Of a DNA stretch of 64,000 bases, positions 60,976 through 64,000 are shown one piece after another (position 1 is the stretch's first letter; every line of letters begins with the position of its first letter). Origin of the DNA: Candidatus Rokuibacteriota bacterium. Lineage in GTDB: Bacteria; Methylomirabilota; Methylomirabilia; Rokubacteriales; CSP1-6. A program made the position numbers and the translations under genes. The stretch lies in contig QHSA01000134.1 of assembly GCA_003220315.1 (NCBI GenBank), positions 2,759 to 66,758 of the forward strand, read 5' to 3'. The notes under the pieces were generated by a model. That model had not been told where the DNA came from. It saw only the letters and a program-made list of their open reading frames with translations, and made no database searches.

Positions 60976-62575
60976 GGAGTTCCCGGAGCCCGGTCTCGAG
61001 CGTCTTCGTGGTCGGCGCGACCCTGATGGAGGGCGACGCCGCCGTGCCCGTCACCTTCGCGGTCACCTCACCGCGCCCGTGGTTGACGACCATGTCCAGG
61101 TTCATGCGGCCGCTGGCGAGCCGGTACTCGCCCGCCACCGCGACCCTCATGACCCGGCTCGCGTACAAGAGGTCGCGCGTCTTCACGACGCCGTTCGCGA
61201 TCTGGTAGGTGCCCGTGATCGAGTCGAATTCGACCGGCGAGGTGAACAGCGACGCCGGCACGTCCGCGCTCAGCATGGACGAGACGGCGCCGCCGACCCG
61301 CACCACGCCGCCGATGAGCGCGAGGGCCTGCCGGCCAACGACACGTCCCCGCCCGATGCGGAGCTGGCCCGCGCCCGACAGCGTGTTCGCGAGATCGGCG
61401 GGGTCGAACGCGAGCGCGCCCGTGAGGTCGAGCGGCCCGGCGACCGCGTAGCCGAGGCACAGAAAATCGACCAGCACCGTTTCGAGCGGCAGCGCCTTGA
61501 GGGCGAGGTCGTCGAGCGCGACGCGCGCGCCGTGGTCGAGCGTCACCGTCAGGCCCGTCGAGATCGTCCCGGTTCCGACGCTCGTCGTCAGCGCGCGACT
61601 TCTCAGGCGCCCGTCCTGCCAGGACGCGTCGGCGAGCCGGAGCGTGCCGAGGGCGAGGGTCCGCCCCTTGGGCTCGGGGCACGCGCGCACGGTCTCCGTG
61701 ATCCTGGGACTCGCGAGCTCCAGGGTGCCCGCGGCCGTCGGCGCCCCGAGGGTCCCGCCGACCGTGAGCGTCGCGCTCACGGCGCCGCTCACCGACGTGC
61801 CAGCGCCCGCACCGAGCGCGACCAGCGCGGCGACGTCCCGTCCCTCCACCGTCACGAGCGCGCTCAGGGGTGCTTCCGCGAGGCTCCGCGCGCCGTTCGT
61901 CGCGAGGCGCCCCTCGGCGATCCTCACGGCGAGGTCGCCCGGCTGGAGCCGCGCACCGCCTTCGAAGCGGAGCGTGGCGCCGCCGGCCGTCAGCGTCAGG
62001 TCGACGTCCTCGGCACGATAGCGCGTGAGCGCGCGCGCGCCACCCCGGGTCACGTACGTGACGGTCCCCTTCTCGATCCGGACGCTCGACGCGAGGGTCG
62101 CCGCCCCCGCCCCGCCGCCGCCCGCGCCGGCGGCGCCGCCGCGCCCGGCGCGCGCGGCCACCCGCGGATCCGCGCCGGGGCCGAGGCTCGCGATGTTCAG
62201 CTGACCGTCCGGGTTCCGGATGAGGGTGATGGCGGGCCGCGTGAGCGTGAGAGCACCGAACTCGATGCGCCCCCAGAGCAGGGGCCGCACCCGGAGCGTG
62301 AGTCGGCCCGTGTCGAGCTTGACGAACGGCGCCGTCCCGAAGTGGGGATCCTCACCGATCTCGAGCGCGTACAGCTCGACGGCGGGCCACGGGAAGACGG
62401 CAGCGGAGATCGACGCGAACTTGACGGGACGGCCGAGCGCCTGCGAGGCGCCGGACGCGATCAGGGTCTGCATGCGCGGGGTGTCCACCGCGAACGGGAC
62501 CGCGACCAGCGCGACGAGCGCCAGAACGGCGACGACCACGAGGACGACCACGGTCCACTTGAGGGGGCGCTTCAC
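60959..62575 (-). CDS. AsmA family protein
   Basis: N-terminal TM anchor, LGRPV, RNPDGQLNI and C-terminal AsmA2-like FDSITG...NG. GTG 62575. Confidence 0.75.
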   Translation of the reverse strand: MKRPLKWTVVVLVVVAVLALVALVAVPFAVDTPRMQTLIASGASQALGRPVKFASISAAVFPWPAVELYALEIGEDPHFGTAPFVKLDTGRLTLRVRPLLWGRIEFGALTLTRPAITLIRNPDGQLNIASLGPGADPRVAARAGRGGAAGAGGGGAGAATLASSVRIEKGTVTYVTRGGARALTRYRAEDVDLTLTAGGATLRFEGGARLQPGDLAVRIAEGRLATNGARSLAEAPLSALVTVEGRDVAALVALGAGAGTSVSGAVSATLTVGGTLGAPTAAGTLELASPRITETVRACPEPKGRTLALGTLRLADASWQDGRLRSRALTTSVGTGTISTGLTVTLDHGARVALDDLALKALPLETVLVDFLCLGYAVAGPLDLTGALAFDPADLANTLSGAGQLRIGRGRVVGRQALALIGGVVRVGGAVSSMLSADVPASLFTSPVEFDSITGTYQIANGVVKTRDLLYASRVMRVAVAGEYRLASGRMNLDMVVNHGRGEVTAKVTGTAASPSIRVAPTTKTLETGLRELLKRFR

Positions 62576-64000
62576 CGCGTGCGGAGCTCTCTCTTGAGGA
62601 TCTTCCCCGTCGGGTTCTTGGGGAGCGCGCCGAGGAACTCGATCGTCTCGGGGACCTTGTAGGCCGCGACCGCCTCGCGGCAGACCTGCTGGAGCTCCTC
62701 CGGCGTGACGCGCCGGCCCTCCTGCAGCACGACGAACGCCTTCACGGCCTCCCCGCGCAGCGGGTCGGGGACGCCAACGACCGCGGCCTCCCGCACCGCC
62801 TCGTGACGGAAGAGCACCTCCTCGACCTCGCGTGGGAAGACCTTGAAGCCCGCGACGTTGATCATGTCCTTCACGCGGTCGACGAGGAAATAGTAGCCGT
62901 CCGGGTCGCGATACCCGATGTCGCCCGAGTGGAGCCACCCGTCCCGGATCGCCTCGGCGGTCGCCTGGGGGTTGCCGAAGTAGCCTTTCATGACGTTCGG
63001 CCCCTTGATGAGGATCTCCCCGAGCTCCCCGTCGGCCACCTCGCGGCCCTCACCGTCCACGACCTTCATCTCGACGTTCTCGATCGGCGTGCCGACCGAG
63101 CCCACACGCACGTCGACGTCGTGGTTCCAAGCGGCGAAGGGCGAGCACTCGGTGAGCCCGTACCCCTGCGTGATCCGCCGCCCGTAGCGCTCGGACCAGC
63201 GCCGTTCGACGTCCAGGGGCAGAGTCGCCGCGGCCGAGAAGAAGAGCCGGATCGAGGCGAAGTCGAGCGTCCGCTCCGTCGCGAGGAACACGATGTACAT
63301 CGCCGGGACGCCGTAGAAGAGCGTGATCCGGTGACGGACGACCGCCTCACGGAACGCGTCGGGGACGAACCGGGGATGGATCACGAGCTGGGCCCCCGCG
63401 GTGACCAGGGCATTCATGATGAAGTTCTGACCGAAACAGTGGAACATCGGCACCGCGCAGAGACCGCGGTCGTCCGCCGTCAGCCCGAGGTGATGGACCG
63501 TGGCGTAGGCGTTCGACACGATGTTCGCGTGCGTGAGCATCACGCCCTTCGGGCGGCCGGTCGTCGCCGAGGTATAGAGGATGGCCGCCGTCTCGTCGCG
63601 GTCGCGGTCGAGGGCGTGCACGGGCTTGGCGCTCTCGAGGGATGCCAGGTCCTCGGCGTGGAGCACGCGACGCACCGACGGCATGCGGTCGCGCGGCGGC
63701 AGGCTCGCCGCGACCGCCGCCGCCGTGACGATCGCCTTCGGCGTGGCGTCGCCGACGATGTAGGCGATCTCGTCGGGGGCGTAGGTGACGTTCAGCGAGA
63801 GCGGGACCACGCCGAGCTTCTGGGCGGCGTAGTAGGCCAGAACGAACTCGGCGGAGTTGGGAAGGTGCAGGCCGATCCGGTCGCCCGGGACCAAGCCGAG
63901 GTGGACCAGGCGGCCGGCGAGGACCGAGCACGCAGCGTCGAGATCGCGGTAGGCCCACGTGCGGTCGCCGACGACGAGCGCCGTCCGATCCGCGTGGTCG
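62572..64000 (-). CDS. long-chain-fatty-acid--CoA ligase; 5' end outside window
   Basis: YTSATTGRPKG, GYGLTE, WLHSGD, DRVKDMINVAG and PKNPTGK; frame stays open to 64000. Confidence 0.88.
   Translation of the reverse strand, partial: DHADRTALVVGDRTWAYRDLDAACSVLAGRLVHLGLVPGDRIGLHLPNSAEFVLAYYAAQKLGVVPLSLNVTYAPDEIAYIVGDATPKAIVTAAAVAASLPPRDRMPSVRRVLHAEDLASLESAKPVHALDRDRDETAAILYTSATTGRPKGVMLTHANIVSNAYATVHHLGLTADDRGLCAVPMFHCFGQNFIMNALVTAGAQLVIHPRFVPDAFREAVVRHRITLFYGVPAMYIVFLATERTLDFASIRLFFSAAATLPLDVERRWSERYGRRITQGYGLTECSPFAAWNHDVDVRVGSVGTPIENVEMKVVDGEGREVADGELGEILIKGPNVMKGYFGNPQATAEAIRDGWLHSGDIGYRDPDGYYFLVDRVKDMINVAGFKVFPREVEEVLFRHEAVREAAVVGVPDPLRGEAVKAFVVLQEGRRVTPEELQQVCREAVAAYKVPETIEFLGALPKNPTGKILKRELRTR

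Overview
Very GC-rich bacterial chromosomal window, densely coding, with about 62 CDS and no rRNA, tRNA, CRISPR array or transposase. Gene content and style (many LLM/ABC genes, an HTH-PAS-GAF protein, a HisKA-only sensor, GC-rich palindromes) suggest a soil Candidatus Rokubacteria/Methylomirabilota-like organism; this is inference only. Main blocks: acyl-CoA ligase/fhs/TgpA-DUF58-MoxR; a long minus-strand catabolic operon (LIV ABC, enamidase, DUF1015, DUF1185, LLM, Mo-hydroxylase large subunit, polar amino-acid ABC); an HTH-PAS/GAF sensor with an 18-bp perfect palindrome upstream; a LigAB ring-cleavage cluster; a divergent locus with two consensus sigma54 promoters driving an unknown repeat protein one way and three tandem GAF-GGDEF paralogues the other; gentisate-dioxygenase-like/GntR/diiron oxidase/Rieske genes; ccr, PPi-PFK and PolX; an atypical PQQ dehydrogenase with cytochrome c; a DapF homologue with both catalytic Cys replaced by Ser; an 86-bp tandem repeat; citrate synthase and AsmA. 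Best candidates for undescribed systems are the sigma54/c-di-GMP locus (27990-33112), the PQQ dehydrogenase module (52320-55291), the enamidase operon lacking Hnr, and the HDO-Rieske module. All family calls are by motif recognition; no database searches were run.
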